Source of the DNA: Zygnema circumcarinatum SAG 698-1b
Lineage: Eukaryota > Plantae > Zygnematophyceae
Length of the DNA: 64,000 nt
Assembly: GCA_037447605.1 (NCBI GenBank)
Contig: JBBHKD010000010.1
Span: forward strand, 1 to 64,000
Reading direction: 5' to 3'
Each line of letters opens with the position of its first letter. Position 1 is the stretch's first letter. A program made the position numbers and the translations under genes. The notes beneath the pieces were generated by a model. That model was not told where the DNA came from, searched no databases, and saw only the letters and a list, made by a program, of their open reading frames with translations. Shown here one piece after another: positions 48,236 through 60,643 of this stretch.

Positions 48236-50437
48236 GTCGTCCTTGTCGTTTCTGTACTCCGCCATGCAATTGGGCAGAGCACTAAAAACGAGTAGCATCT
48301 TGTTTATGGTGCAAGTCATGACGGCAACCGAGGACGCTCATGACGGGGACCAGGAATGGCAACCCACTGCGGGTGAAACAATGCCAACAGTCCCAACTGT
48401 GTTTCAACCCTTGTTGAAAGCGTTTGAGGATGTATTCCCAGACGATCTGCCAAGGGGTCTGCCTCCAGCCAGAGGGGTGGGGCATACCATACCCCTTGAG
48501 CCAGAACAGAAACCTCCTTGGAGGCCAATCTATAGGCTTAGTCCGAAGGAGACTGAGGAGATGCGAAAGCAACTCGCTAACCTGCGTGATAAGGGCTGGA
48601 TTGAGCCCAGCCAGAGTCCCTTTGGGGCTCCCATCCTCTTCGTTGGTAAGAAGGATGGGTCTTTGCGTATGTGCATCGATTATCGGGCACTCAATAAGAT
48701 CACGGTAAAGAACAAGTTTGCTGCATGATCTTACGGACGTGCCGCGAGGCGAAGGTGTTCACCTGCGGCTGGGCGCACATAGAGTTTATCAGATCCGTGT
48801 CGCGGGATACGTGGAATTTCCTAAAACGACATTCGGACACCGATTAGTCACTTCAGTACAAAGGTGCTACCTTTTGGACTGACCAACGCTCCGGCTACAT
48901 TCCAAGCTGTGATGAACGAAATGTTCGTCGGCATGGATGAGTTTGTCCTTGTCTACCTGGATGATATCCTGGTATTCAGCAAGACGGACGCTGAACATCT
49001 TGTGCATGTACGCAAAGTGTTCGAGGTGTTGCGAAAACACACGTTTTATGCCAAGCGAAAGAAGTGTAACTTCATGCAACGAGAGTTGTTGTATCTTGGG
49101 CATATCTTGAACGATCAGGGACTGAAACCTGATCCAGCCAAGGTGTCTGCTGTAAAGACATGGGCTGTACCGGCTGATCTTCATCAGTTGCGGTCTTTTC
49201 TTGGATTTGCGAATTATTTTCGTAAGTTTATCCAAGGCTTTAGTAAGTTGGTAACACCTCTTACCAATTTGACACGTTCCGGTGTCGCGTATGCATGGAC
49301 ACCAGAGTGCCAGACGGCATTTGATGGTGTGAGACATGCGCTTGTGACAGCACCTACGTTGAGGTTGGCTGATCCGCGGTTGCCATATGAAGTGGTATGT
49401 GACGCTTCGGGGTTCGCTTTGGGTGCGGTCTTGTTCCAAGACGACCAACCTCTTGCTTACGAAAGTCGCAAGATGAACCCAGCTGAGCGAAACTACTCAG
49501 CCACAGAGCAGGAGCTCTTGGCCGTTGTTCACGCCCTGAGGACATGGCGTTGCTATTTGGAGGGNNNNNNNNNNTTCATGGGACCTTTTACGGTCATGAA
49601 GCGAATCGGTGAGGTCGCTTACCGGTTGGCTTTACCGGCTCATATGAAAGTGCATCCGGTCTTTCACGTGGGTCTTCTTAAGGCATACCGCAGCGATGGG
49701 AGAGTCCAACCACCTCCCCCTCCAGTGGAAGTTGAGGGTGACCTCGAGTATGAGGTAGAGACCATACAAACCCACAGGACTGTGAGTAGAGGTAAGACTT
49801 CCCGCCACGAATATCTCGTGAAATGGTTGGGCTATGGGGTTGAACATGCTTGCGTGGGGCATTGAGAGCAATCCTGACTTAAATTGCAAGAGGGCTCGAG
49901 ATTATGCTTGGGGCATGGCAGACGCTGGTGGCGAGGCTGATAGGGGGTTCCAGCGGGCACCGTCCCGCAGCTACTTCGGAAAAGGACTTGACGGGGATGC
50001 GCTGGAGCCCTCCCGTACACCCCGCAGACAGAGACGAATACCTCTTAAACTGCGGGCTGCCAAGATTACTTTTCCCCAGTGAACGAGGGCGTTCACNNNN
50101 NNNNNNATCTGACTCTGTCAGACTTAGCCGTGCGCCGCTGCACGACGGCGCGCCGCGACACGACGCGCCCCGTGAGATGCGGCGAGACCACGGGCTTGTC
50201 CTCAGCCGATAACTCGGCTAAGGATCACCGCCACGCGGCGGGCTCTGATTGGGCAGTCCCGCTCCCGGTCCTCCATGCTGGTAGGGGGTTCGAAGGGGGG
50301 AGCTTAAGGGGGCTGCGCCCGGATGGGAGACCATCCGAGCTCTTTGTACCAGCATTGAGCTCACGCTCCTCTCTCTCTCTCTTCCTCTCTTGACACTTAG
50401 ACTTTCAGAGCAGCCTGCCAGGGGGCAGGTTGTTACA
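48236..50437 (+). mobile_element. G2 element c (partial, plus orientation): RT, RH, integrase end, chromodomain, 3' LTR
   Basis: ORFs 48243-48728 and 48864-49865. The LTR ends GGCAGGTTGTTACA at 50437. Confidence 0.88.
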
Positions 50438-51228
50438 TAGCGTCTTGTGCGCCCGCGCGCGCGCCCGCGTCTGATATGTCGATTCGCGTCCGCTCGAGCC
50501 GATACTCCGTTTCGTATCGGTACCAGAACTTGTCACGTCACATCTGTTCGCGCGACCAGCCTTGTGGCTTGATGTTCGCGTCTAGTTCATTATCTGCTAA
50601 AGATTATGCGCCAAAACGTTGTACGACCTCTAGCCCCGTACAACACTGACCCCCCCTATTGGTTTGGCGCTGGTCAAGGTCTGACTCCCCCTAATTTGTC
50701 GATTGATGTTTCGACTATCGAGTTACAGCATGTGACGAACTGCAAGTTTGTCAGATACCGCAGCACTGTGATTGGCCTGAGCGATTATGATATGGCCAAG
50801 TGATGATCTCTGCACACGTGGTTCGTGCCATTGATTGATTATTTTAGCGATATCGGTACTTTGCTATTTGGCGGCATTAGGAACTACTGCACAACACTAG
50901 CGATCGGGCAGCGCCAGAGTCAACCAGCGCGCAACTTCCTCAAATGTTCCTATACCGGCCACTCGCCGGCCGGCACAATTTTGGAGTCATCGACGGCGAT
51001 TTTAAGTTACACAGAAACTCTGCGACGCCCGTCAGCCGATCGCATTCCCATAAGCGTCGCATGGTATCGCCGACGAACGAGGATTTTTCCACAACAGGCG
51101 ACATTGCTTGCCGGCCGGCAAGATGGACCCACTGGGCAGCTTCTAGCAGTGGGGCGCGAACAGGAAGGTCGCCGAGAGGGAGAGAGAGAGAAGAGAAAGA
51201 GAGGGGAGGGAGAGCAAGAGAAGCAGGA

Positions 51229-51416
51229 ATGGCAAAGCCTGATACCTTCTCGGAAAGTCTGATGGCGGAGATCACTGACAAATTTTCCGACACAAACAAA
51301 CTCGGAAATGGAGGCTTTGGATCGACCTACAAAGGCATGCTGTACAGCACCCTTGTGGTTGTGAAGAGGCTGCTGTTGTTAATTAAGGCCCGGTCCGTCT
51401 CACTCACTTCACTCAC
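51229..51416 (+). pseudogene. RLK/Pelle-family kinase N-terminal fragment (subdomains I-II), truncated by an LTR
   Basis: FSESLMAEITDKFSDTNKLGNGGFGSTYKGML...VVVKRL matches the plant RLK F-S-x-x-N-x-LG-x-GGFG-x-x-YKG pattern. Confidence 0.75.
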
Positions 51417-54400
51417 TGTTGATGTATGAGGTACATCAAGGTGTTGGTACTTAGTTCCTAGCATGAATGTTGTCCGGGAGATCAATGTGCTGGTATAGGG
51501 ACAATGTCATGCATGAACGGTCATGTTTGGTGTAAGGACGGACATAGGGGTGCCTTACGTATCATTAGGGCACGCATGCGGCAGGTCTAGGAATAGTCTA
51601 GGGTGCGTAGGTTTGCGGCTTTGACTTGGGAATCGGACAAAGGGGCGGCGGAGTGCTTGGACAGATTGGAGGCGGCTGTACGGGCCCGGCGCGCTTGAGT
51701 ATACGGACAGCCCAGCGGAAGTTTTGCGGGCAGCGATTTGGAAGCGGCGGGGGCGGATTTGTGTGGCGACATGATTGGTGCGACAGCCGCATAAAACTTG
51801 GCCGCATCCTCTGAAGGTAATGACGTGACGCAGGGTTAGAGCAGTAATGGGTGGAGAACTTGTGAGATGTTTGGGTCGCTGATTGGTGCTTGGCCAGCGG
51901 TGTGTGGAGAATGCAGACCGGCTGAGTCTTGGCGAGTCGCATAAAGTACCCTGACGGCGATTCTGATTGGTGGCGCGCGGAGAGCAAAGTGCGGCAGCGA
52001 GCGACAAGGGAATGTCGGCAGATGAGGCAGCGCCATGTGGACCACTTCGCCCGGGTGGTTAAGCTGGCTCGGAAGTGTCTGGTGGCGAAGAATGCCTGCG
52101 AGGGGCTGGCGGCGGCGGAACTGTACGGGTGGCGGACCCAAGAACTGGAGTCGGTGCCATCGTGCCAGGTTTCACGGCGCGCAGCGGTAAGCTAATTCTG
52201 AGTGCGCCCACTCAGCGGAATACAGGGCGGTCGTGGCGTGACAATTGTGTCACGTCACATCGCCATGGTGCCCAAGAGAGAGCAAGCTTGGCTCTCCTCT
52301 CAAACTCACTAACTCAGCTCAACTCTCTCTGAATGTATCTTTGCTCACATGGGTGGTTGTTTAGGAAGAAACAGCGAGGTTGGCGTAGAGAATCCCGACC
52401 TTATTATATGAAGGTCGTAAGAGGAACTAGCTCTCATCATGCTAAGCTTTAGTAGAAGAAGTTAGATGATGTGTCCCTCATATGTTGAGGTAAGAGGAGG
52501 AGTTCATGGAGGCGATAAGTGCCGTCACTGCGGTCGGGGTGTAGAGCTATCGGAGAGAATGGATAGCTCATGTGAGGAGGAGAATCTAGCATAAGGGATT
52601 ATGTGAATTTCCTCAAAGAGCTTGTATTACACTCTTGAAGTTTAAGAGTTTTATGGCGTGGGCTTTCTCCTTATTCTTGCATCATTTGTCATGTGAGTCC
52701 TGCGTGTTGGATTGGCGTGGTGGATGAGTGGAGGCAGCCATTGTATGGGCGGTGTGTTGCTCCACACGAGGAGATCATTGAAGGAGCGTGGACTTGAGGA
52801 GCCGAGACCATGGAGGAGTTGAAGTGTTCTTGTAGGTGTCGCTTTTAGTTTTCCGCTGTGCGCACCTGGCAAGGGGTGGATGGAAGCCAGATCGTGGAGG
52901 AAGTGGTATGTGGCCCAAGTGGAAGTTGAAGAAAGTTTTTGATCTTCATCCGGGCATGTGTTTATCCCTTCCTTGAAGTCTTACGGGCCTTGCACCAACA
53001 AGTGGTATCCCGAGCTAAGGTTGAAGTCTTGGAGCATTTGGTGCTTAGGTTAGTCTTAGAGCTTATAGTTGTAATCCGAAAAAGAGTACCAAGTGAGTGA
53101 GGGTCTTGGGCATACTAGAGTGGGGTTTGGATCCTTGAGAGTATGAGTTAAAGAGATAGATCCTTGACTAGAGAAAGGCTGAATGGATAGTTCTTTGGGG
53201 GAGCTGAATAGTTGGCGCAAGGTACCAAAAGGATAGCTATGGTCAAACTCGGAGTACGTTTATGGTTTTAAGTTTGTAGCAAAACAAGTTGCTGGAATGT
53301 CTCAGTTTTGAGTAGTCACAAGGAGAGGATGCGTTTGGATTACTAGTCTTGACAGCTCGAGGAAAAGAGTGCGAAAGAAGGCTAGCCTAACGACATTGAT
53401 TCTAACGTCGTTTTGAGAGATCCGGCTCAAGGGAGTCAAGGTCTGGCGGCATGGAGGTGCTGCATTGAGTAGCACACACTTGACGTGACCCAACTCAGCG
53501 GAGTTGGAGGAGGCAACGTGAGAGACGCACAAGCAAGGGTGGCCTAACCCTTTGGGAGCTTTTATGCTCGGATATGTTGAAGGCGAAGTTGCTTCATCAA
53601 AGGATTCGAGGGGAGGACTTACCTGCACTTCGAGAAGTGGAGAAGGCTCCAGTTCCATATCGAGATTGCCACGGTATGTGGAGGGGACTGCCCTCCCAAG
53701 CACGCTCTTGGGATTAGAGACTAGCTTTGGAGTTAGAGACTAACAAACTGGAATCTTCACATCTGTTGTGGGAGAGGCTAAGAGAGGTGTAGAGTGGCAA
53801 GGAGTGCCACGTAAGGAATTAGTTCACTTTAGATGCGTCTGGGGTGAAGGGGGCCCAAGATCTAGGATCTAGGGGAGAAAGCTGCCCAGGAATCATTGCT
53901 TAAATCCTGACTAGTCTGGTGGACAGATCTAGTGGAATTGATAGTCACTAAAGATGTTAGTAAAGGACCACTAAGGAGGAGTTTAGGGAATTCCCCGAGG
54001 AGTAGNNNNNNNNNNAGAGGTAGGGAGGTCGCAACTTTCTACAAGGAGTTTACTTCACCGAGGAGTAGATGTAGCAAAAGGATTAGAGTGGATAGAGTCA
54101 AGAAGCGTTGACAACCATTCAAGGAGGGGCAAGGCTGAAGTCGGACGAGGAGGATTCCATTCCAAGTCGACATTATGCAGCCTGGAGCTTGTGGAGATCA
54201 TTTTGCTAACAAACTTGCAGGGTTGATTCTTGTGGAGGGATCATTCGGATCCAAGGAGATCTCGGCATGGTGGCTCAGTTGTGTCCAGACGTGGACCTGA
54301 TCTTTGTTCGAAGAGTTTGCTGGGAGTGCACGCCTAGTTTACTCGGGAACAAGGGATAGAAATTTTCAGAGGAGGAGCCAAGTTGCTGAACTCAAGAGGA

Positions 54401-55808
54401 GGCAAGAGGAGCTGATGGATCTCGAAGGAGAAGTGGCGTACAGCTGCCTTGGAAGTCAAGGTGCAGTACTTTTAGACCACTGATTTTTTATTTGAATTTT
54501 TTTCTTTAAAAGGTGAAATTATTTTGGAGGCAAGCAGGTGAAGCTAGATGCAGATGGAGACCCTTGTGAAGGGAGAGAGCGGAGTAGCTTGTACTTCTTC
54601 GAAAAGAGGAAGGTGCAGCGGTGGACGTTGGCACGACAGCTTGTGGAGCTCGGCATCAAAGAACTCGGTCACTCAAGCTGGTAGAGCTTGAGGGTGCTTG
54701 CAAGGACTAGAATCTTCAGAGGTGCCTAGGTCCGGAAGTCACAAAGAGACGAGAGCATGCGACATGGAGCTACAGCGTGGTCGCACTCATGAGGGATGGC
54801 GCTCTGAACAGGTACCGCTGGCCTTGCACCTTTTATTGATAGACTTTTGAGGGAGATTTCCGGTTTTCCCTCAAAGGGAAGAAAGATGATGAGACTTCGG
54901 TACATGGTTAGGAGGTGCTTCTAGTGTAGCCCGAAAGACTAATCATGCTTATCATTAGCGGAGGAGCAGCAAGACCATAGGCTGGAGATGCTGACTTCAG
55001 ATGACCTTTCTCCGGAGTGGGAGAAATGAAGAAGAGGCTATGATAGTGGAGGCTGAGCAGTTTTGAAGCGTTGAAGAGAAGACCTTGAAGATTCGAGGAG
55101 CTGCAAGTGATCATGGAGATCAAGTGGCGGCAAGGAGCGCTTGAGGGCGCGGCTGGTGGCAACGGAATCAAGGGAGAGGCAGAGTGTGGAGATTGTCATC
55201 ATGATGATGGTGCAGTACACTTCCCTTCTTGGCATTCCTTAGAAAGTCACTAAGCTGGAGTGAGGTGTTTTCAAATGCATATGAAAGGTGCAGAAATTAC
55301 ACTCGTTGAGATTTTGACACGCAATCAAGAAAGTGTCAAGCAGGGTTTGTAGGACTTTGATAGAGGAAGAGGAACATCTAGTTTGCTGGCTCATTGATGG
55401 AGTAGGTGAGCAGAATTTAGACCCCAAAGGTGGAGTACAAGAGGAGGGTGCCGAGATGACGAAGCTAGAGATGGCTTTGGAGGACCAGTCCTTGTACAAG
55501 GAGGCTGTTTAGCTTAAGAGGGGGTAGGTAAGGTGTTCAGGTTTGGCCTTTGCAGATGGTGCTAAGGAGAGCTTGTCCATGGGGGATGAGTTAGTTCATA
55601 GTGTGAGGTCCCAGGATCGTGTAGAGGAAGTTGTTGGAGGAGGAGGCACTTCATTTGGGAGGAGGCCTACAACAAATGGCGAGAGTACCACGAGGAAGAT
55701 TCGGAGGACAGCTTTGAACGACCTCATGTTTATGAGGGGGTGAGCGGCAATGGAGAAGACGACATTTTGGATGTGTGAGTTGGGAGGAGAAGTTGGGACT
55801 TCTCGGGT
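51417..55808 (+). mobile_element. Family C LTR element: 1584-bp LTR, PBS, degenerate internal region; superfamily unresolved
   Basis: LTR 51417-53000 (TGTTGATG...CACCAACA). PBS variant TGGTATCCCGAGC. No intact gag or pol ORF; only a weak AWW...TW..F gag-like trace near 54260. Confidence 0.7.
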
Positions 55809-55818
55809 NNNNNNNNNN

Positions 55819-56870
55819 GTGACTGTCGTCACCCAACCAACGTACCGGCATTCGGTTGCACCCCTGCCCTGGGCTGCGCCACCCTCTGAAGCTCTCTCTC
55901 TCTCTCTCGCTCTCTCCCTCTCGCTGAACTCTGAGTGCTGGTGTGCTATTCCGCGCAGGCTGAAGGAGTTAGATTTCAGCCGTTACATTTGGTATCAGAG
56001 CCCGTTGCGGCCTTCCTCTTTTAGGAGGACCTGTTGGTCATGGTGACCACTCGCCGGGCCGGAGGGGACCCGGGGCCCTCGGGGCCGCCACCTCCACCAC
56101 CCGTCCCCCGGGACGAGGAGATGGAGGATCACTCAGAGACTGCGCCGGTCCCCATGGAGGGGCCCAGTCCCGAACCCACGGATGGCCAAGGCCATCCGGC
56201 GCATCCTGCCCCTTCCCCCACGCAGCCGATGCAAGCAGCGGCGGAAGTTCCCGCGTCCTTCCCCATGGATGAGACGTTCATCACTGTGGGAGCTGGCGCG
56301 ATCCTAAGGAAAAGGATCGCAGATTTGGGGAAGGAGGTGACTCAGGTCGTCACGGACACCAGGGGTTACCCTAGGAGGATGGACGACATGGAGCTTATGG
56401 TCCGCCGACTGGTGGACACGCTCCAAATGGACTTCAGGGGCCTGGCGGAGAGGCTCCAACGGATCGAAGAAGGTATGCCCCGAAGCCCCCCTCAGGCTGT
56501 AGAGGCAGTGGATGCAGCAGGTCCTAGGGAAGGGGTTAGGCATACCACTCCGGTCGCGTCGTCGTTACCGACGCCTCACCCGGCCGCCGGAAGCAGCCGG
56601 CAGAAGTCCGCACCCCCTGGCTTGTCCACAGGGGGGAGTCACCCCCACGGGGGTGGCAAACCACCCAGCAGTGGGGGACCCCCGTCTGGGGCAGCTGGTG
56701 GGGGCGGGGGAGATCCCGGTCCTCGGGCTGCTCCTCCGCAACCTACTGAGGATGCCAAGCGGAATCGGGCCAAAGTGGCCCCGATTTCCGTTTGGGGTGA
56801 ACATCCTAACACGGACTGCTCGATTGAGCAGTGGTTGGGTCAAACGAAGGGTTACCTTCTGGCGACCAAC
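55819..56870 (+). mobile_element. Gypsy family G3: LTR end, PBS, gag N-terminus (ATG at about 56040)
   Basis: CCGTTACA|TTTGGTATCAGAGCC. RNRAKVAPISVWGEHP...QWLGQTKGYL is homologous to G2 gag at about 42850-43010. Confidence 0.8.
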
Positions 56871-57211
56871 TGTAGCGAAACGCTATACATGTGTTGTATG
56901 GCCTAGTACTTACATCCGCGGTTGCCTTTTAATGGTAAAGCACTGGTGTGGGTACCGAGAGGTCTTGTGTTCAAACCTTGTAGTTGGCAGGTTTGTTACA
57001 TTGGTATCAGAGCCAGTGCCCGGTATTTGTAATCCACCCTAAAAACACCCTGATCTCTGAGCATGCTACGGAACCCGTTCCTTAGTGGCCTGAGGGGCTA
57101 AGGCCGTAGTCCATGTGTTGAAGGAGCTTGAACGCTGCTCGTGAAAACCCTTGAGTGCGCTCGAGGACGCGCCCGGTTTAGGTGGGGAGGAATGTAGCGA
57201 AACGCTATACA
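56871..57211 (+). mobile_element. TRIM copy 2: LTR 56871-57000, PBS, 192-bp internal region, PPT, 3' LTR cut by Copia B
   Basis: Matches TRIM copy 1. Inserted into G3 gag. Confidence 0.9.
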
Positions 57212-58337
57212 TGTTGGTGTACATAGTTAGTTCAGATTAGCATGTTTGTGTTGGCGCTTAGTTCCTAGGGGTGTGCTTCTAGGTGTGACATGTATGGGGA
57301 CGGACTTACTTCAGCGTGCGCGCGGCGGCGAGACCGACCACGCAACCGTACGGATAGTATGGACCGTACGGACAGTACGGCCGGGAGTCCGACATTTGGT
57401 ACCGCGCCGAGGAATCGGTCCTGGAGTACGGAATCGAGGAATGATGNNNNNNNNNNGGTCCATCGTGGGCCATTCGTGCGAAGAGGAGATGGAGAGGGGC
57501 GCGCCAAGGAGCCGTTGGCGCTTGTGCACACAGACTTGTGTGGCCCCATCACCCCAGCGAGCTTGGGAGGAAGTCGATATTTCATCACTTTCCTTGATGA
57601 CTACTCACGAAAGATTTGGGTGGTGCTCTTGACACAGAAGTCTGACGCTTATCCAGCCTTCAGAGCTTGGAAGATGCGTGCAGAGCGGGAGAGCGGCCAT
57701 CTACTCAAGAACCTCTAGTTCACGAGAGGAGACAGCCAGCATGCCGCATAAGTTGGTGGCTTCAGAACCACGTGCAGCGGCGAATGAAGAGTTGCTGGAG
57801 GAGATGGCTGTTGAGCCAAAGGAGGATGCACCAGCTCCAATGCGAGTTGTAGAGCAGCCTCAAGAGCATCTCTCCGTGATGGAGAAGACAAGTGGGAGGA
57901 CCAGGCGGCCTCCAAATCGTTTCAGTCCGGCTGTGCCTACGAAGCGCATGCGGAAGAGAGCACAAAAGAATGCCCAGGATCATTCTGCATCATTCTCAGG
58001 TGACATGGACATGATTGCCCATTGTTACATGGCCCATGTTGTTGAGCCTCAGACTTACGGGGAAGCTGTTGAGGGGCCAGATTAGATCAAGTGGCAGGAG
58101 GCCATTGATAGTGAGTGGAACAGTCTGATTGAGAATCAGACTTGGCGCTTGGAGAAGCTCCCACCTGGGAGGCGTGCCATCGGCTGCAAATGGGTCTTCA
58201 AGGTGAAGAGGAAGGCGGACGGCAGCATTGATAGGTACAAGGCGCGACTCGTGGCCAAGGGCTACAGTCAGAAGGAAAGAGTTGACTACACAGAGACCTT
58301 CGCTCCTGTGGTGAAGTTCAACTCCCTCCGCTCCCTC
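57212..58337 (+). mobile_element. Copia B second copy (fragments; internal deletion in integrase; stop at RT start)
   Basis: LTR start matches 26644. LVHTDLCGP. Linker and RT near-identical to 30750-31370, with GATTAG in place of GATCAG at 58080. Confidence 0.85.
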
Positions 58338-58347
58338 NNNNNNNNNN

Positions 58348-60633
58348 CCCTGTGAGGATGTGAACGCCCTCGTTCACGTGTGTGGGGTAGTAAAGGCAGC
58401 TCGTAGTTTCAACGGCACGCGTCGAACTCTACGTGATAACCGGGAGGGCTCAGCGATAATCCCGGTCAAGTCCCTTTCCGAGTTGCGCGGGGACGGCTCA
58501 GGAACCCCCCGAGCCGCCCTCGCCCGCTCTCCTGCGGCCTGCGCCTCCCAGTACAAATTGATGAGCTCTTGGCAATTGGTTAAGTTGCCCTCGGCTTCCC
58601 ATGTGCTATGTTCAACCCCATAGCCCAACCATTTCACGAGGTATTCGTGACGGGAAGATCGACCTTTTCTCACAAGACGGTGGGCTTGAATGGTTTCAAC
58701 TTCGTACTCAAGTTCACCCTCAAGCTCCACTAGTGGGGGAGGTGGCTGGATCCTCCCATCGCTACGGTAGACCTTTAGCAAGCCCACATGAAAGACCGGA
58801 TGCACCTTCATGTGGGATGGTAAATCCAACCTGTAAGCGACATCATTGATTCGCTTCAGGACCTTAAAAGGTCCTATGAAAACGGGCCACAAAATTTTAC
58901 GCGGTTCACCATAAGCTTTGAGTCGTAGTTCGCCGTGTACTTAGCAACACCTCACGCCTCTATCGGGAAGGTGAGTCGGGTGCACGTGACTGGGCCAACA
59001 TAGGCCTTTTTGTCGCGATCGGCTGCCAGCGTGGTTCCGCTGCGTTCTCCGCAAATAAGCCTCGCATGCTTGTCGACAAAAGATCTGGATCTGGAGGTTG
59101 AGTCCCATCAGTCCCTCTCAGCTTCCAAGGATCGGGGGTTCTGTGGACGCCCATGTTCCACGGATCAGGGGGCTGATCCCTTGGTTGCAGGGGATTTAGA
59201 GGATGCTGGCCAAAGTTCAAGAAGAAAGGGGTGGTACCAATGGACTCCTGGAAAGCATTATTGATGGCGTACTCTGCCACTGGGAGCAGTTCGTCCCACC
59301 CATCCGGGGTAGGTCCCACATAATGCCGGAGGTAATCCTCCAGGATCCTGTTCACCCGTTCCGTCTGGCCATCGGTTTGCGGGTGGAAAGCTGTACTCAA
59401 CGCCTGCTTGGTCCCAACGATTTTGCGTTACCCCCGCCCAAAAAATGGCTGGTGAATCGCGGGATCACGGGCCGACACAATTTCGACCAAGACCATGCCG
59501 GCTCCACACTTTGTCGTAACATACAATCGCACTTCATTTTACCCCAAATGTTTTAGTAGTTGGTGCAAAGTGCACCATCTTGCTGAGTCGATCGACAAAG
59601 ACTAGGATGGAGTCATGCCCCCGAGGTGTCACAGGAAGATCTGTGATCAAGTCCATACCCACACTATCCCATTTCCGAAAAGGAGGTGTGAGGGGATGCA
59701 GCTGGCCAGGGATCCTGCCAGTGCGGGGTTTGTTTCGTTGACAAGTTGGACAAGCGAGTACATACGCTTTCACATCCCTCGAGAGTCCAGGCCACCAGAA
59801 CTCTCGGAGCAGTGCCTCACGGGTTTTGGCAACTCCCATGTGACCTCGGTACGGAGGATCATGTAGCTCACCCAGAATGCGCTGCCGTACAGTCCCGGCC
59901 TTGGGCACGACCAACCGCTGGCCGCGGGTACCAAAAATCCGTCCTAGATTAACCACTTCTTGTCCTTATAGCCACTACCTTGGCCATCCAGAATAAAGGA
60001 TCATTTCGCGATACCCCTCCTAGATCATCCGCCTCCCAGATCGTAGAGAAGGTGGAGGGTTTCGATCAAGGCCAACGGGTGGAGGGATTCATGACAAAGC
60101 ATACCGGAGACGCGAGACTCTGGTTACGTACTTCACCTTCATTATCTGCTCCACCAACACCCGAGTCGACGAAAGTGCACCATCCGTGCAAGATGCCGGG
60201 TCGCTCGCCAAGGTCGGCTACATCTTCAAATTTCCCCGGCCGACATAGACCCACCGGCACAAACCTTTGAGGAATCCCGCCGTGACCCGCGGCTCACGCT
60301 TGTGACAAGGCCCATATTGGGTAGAGAGAGGGTGTCGTCACCGGCTGCGGTGGTCGCGACTGCGACTTTCGCCCCTCTAGTCAGCACCGCCATGTCCTCA
60401 TATGGACCAATCAAGTAAAGCGCTCTGCTCAAGGTGTAATAGTTGCGCTTTAGTGGGATTCATTTTGCGACTTTCATACGCCAGAGGTTGACCATCTTGA
60501 AACAAGACGGCACCCAAGGCGAATCCCGAAGCATCACAAACCACTTCATAAGGTTTGGACGGGGTCCGCTAAACGGAGAGTGGGTGCGGTAACAAGTGCA
60601 TGGCGCACACCTTCGAATGCATCCTGGCATTCA
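58348..60633 (-). mobile_element. Chromovirus G1 second copy: RNase H, integrase, chromodomain
   Basis: Matches 28480-30170. GPFKVLKRINDVAYRL, TAFHPQTDGQTER. Confidence 0.85.
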
Positions 60634-60643
60634 NNNNNNNNNN

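Noticed and set aside
50650-50700. CTGAC...CCCCCTA ends resembling the MITE TIR
   Set aside because: Short, same orientation, no matching opposite end.
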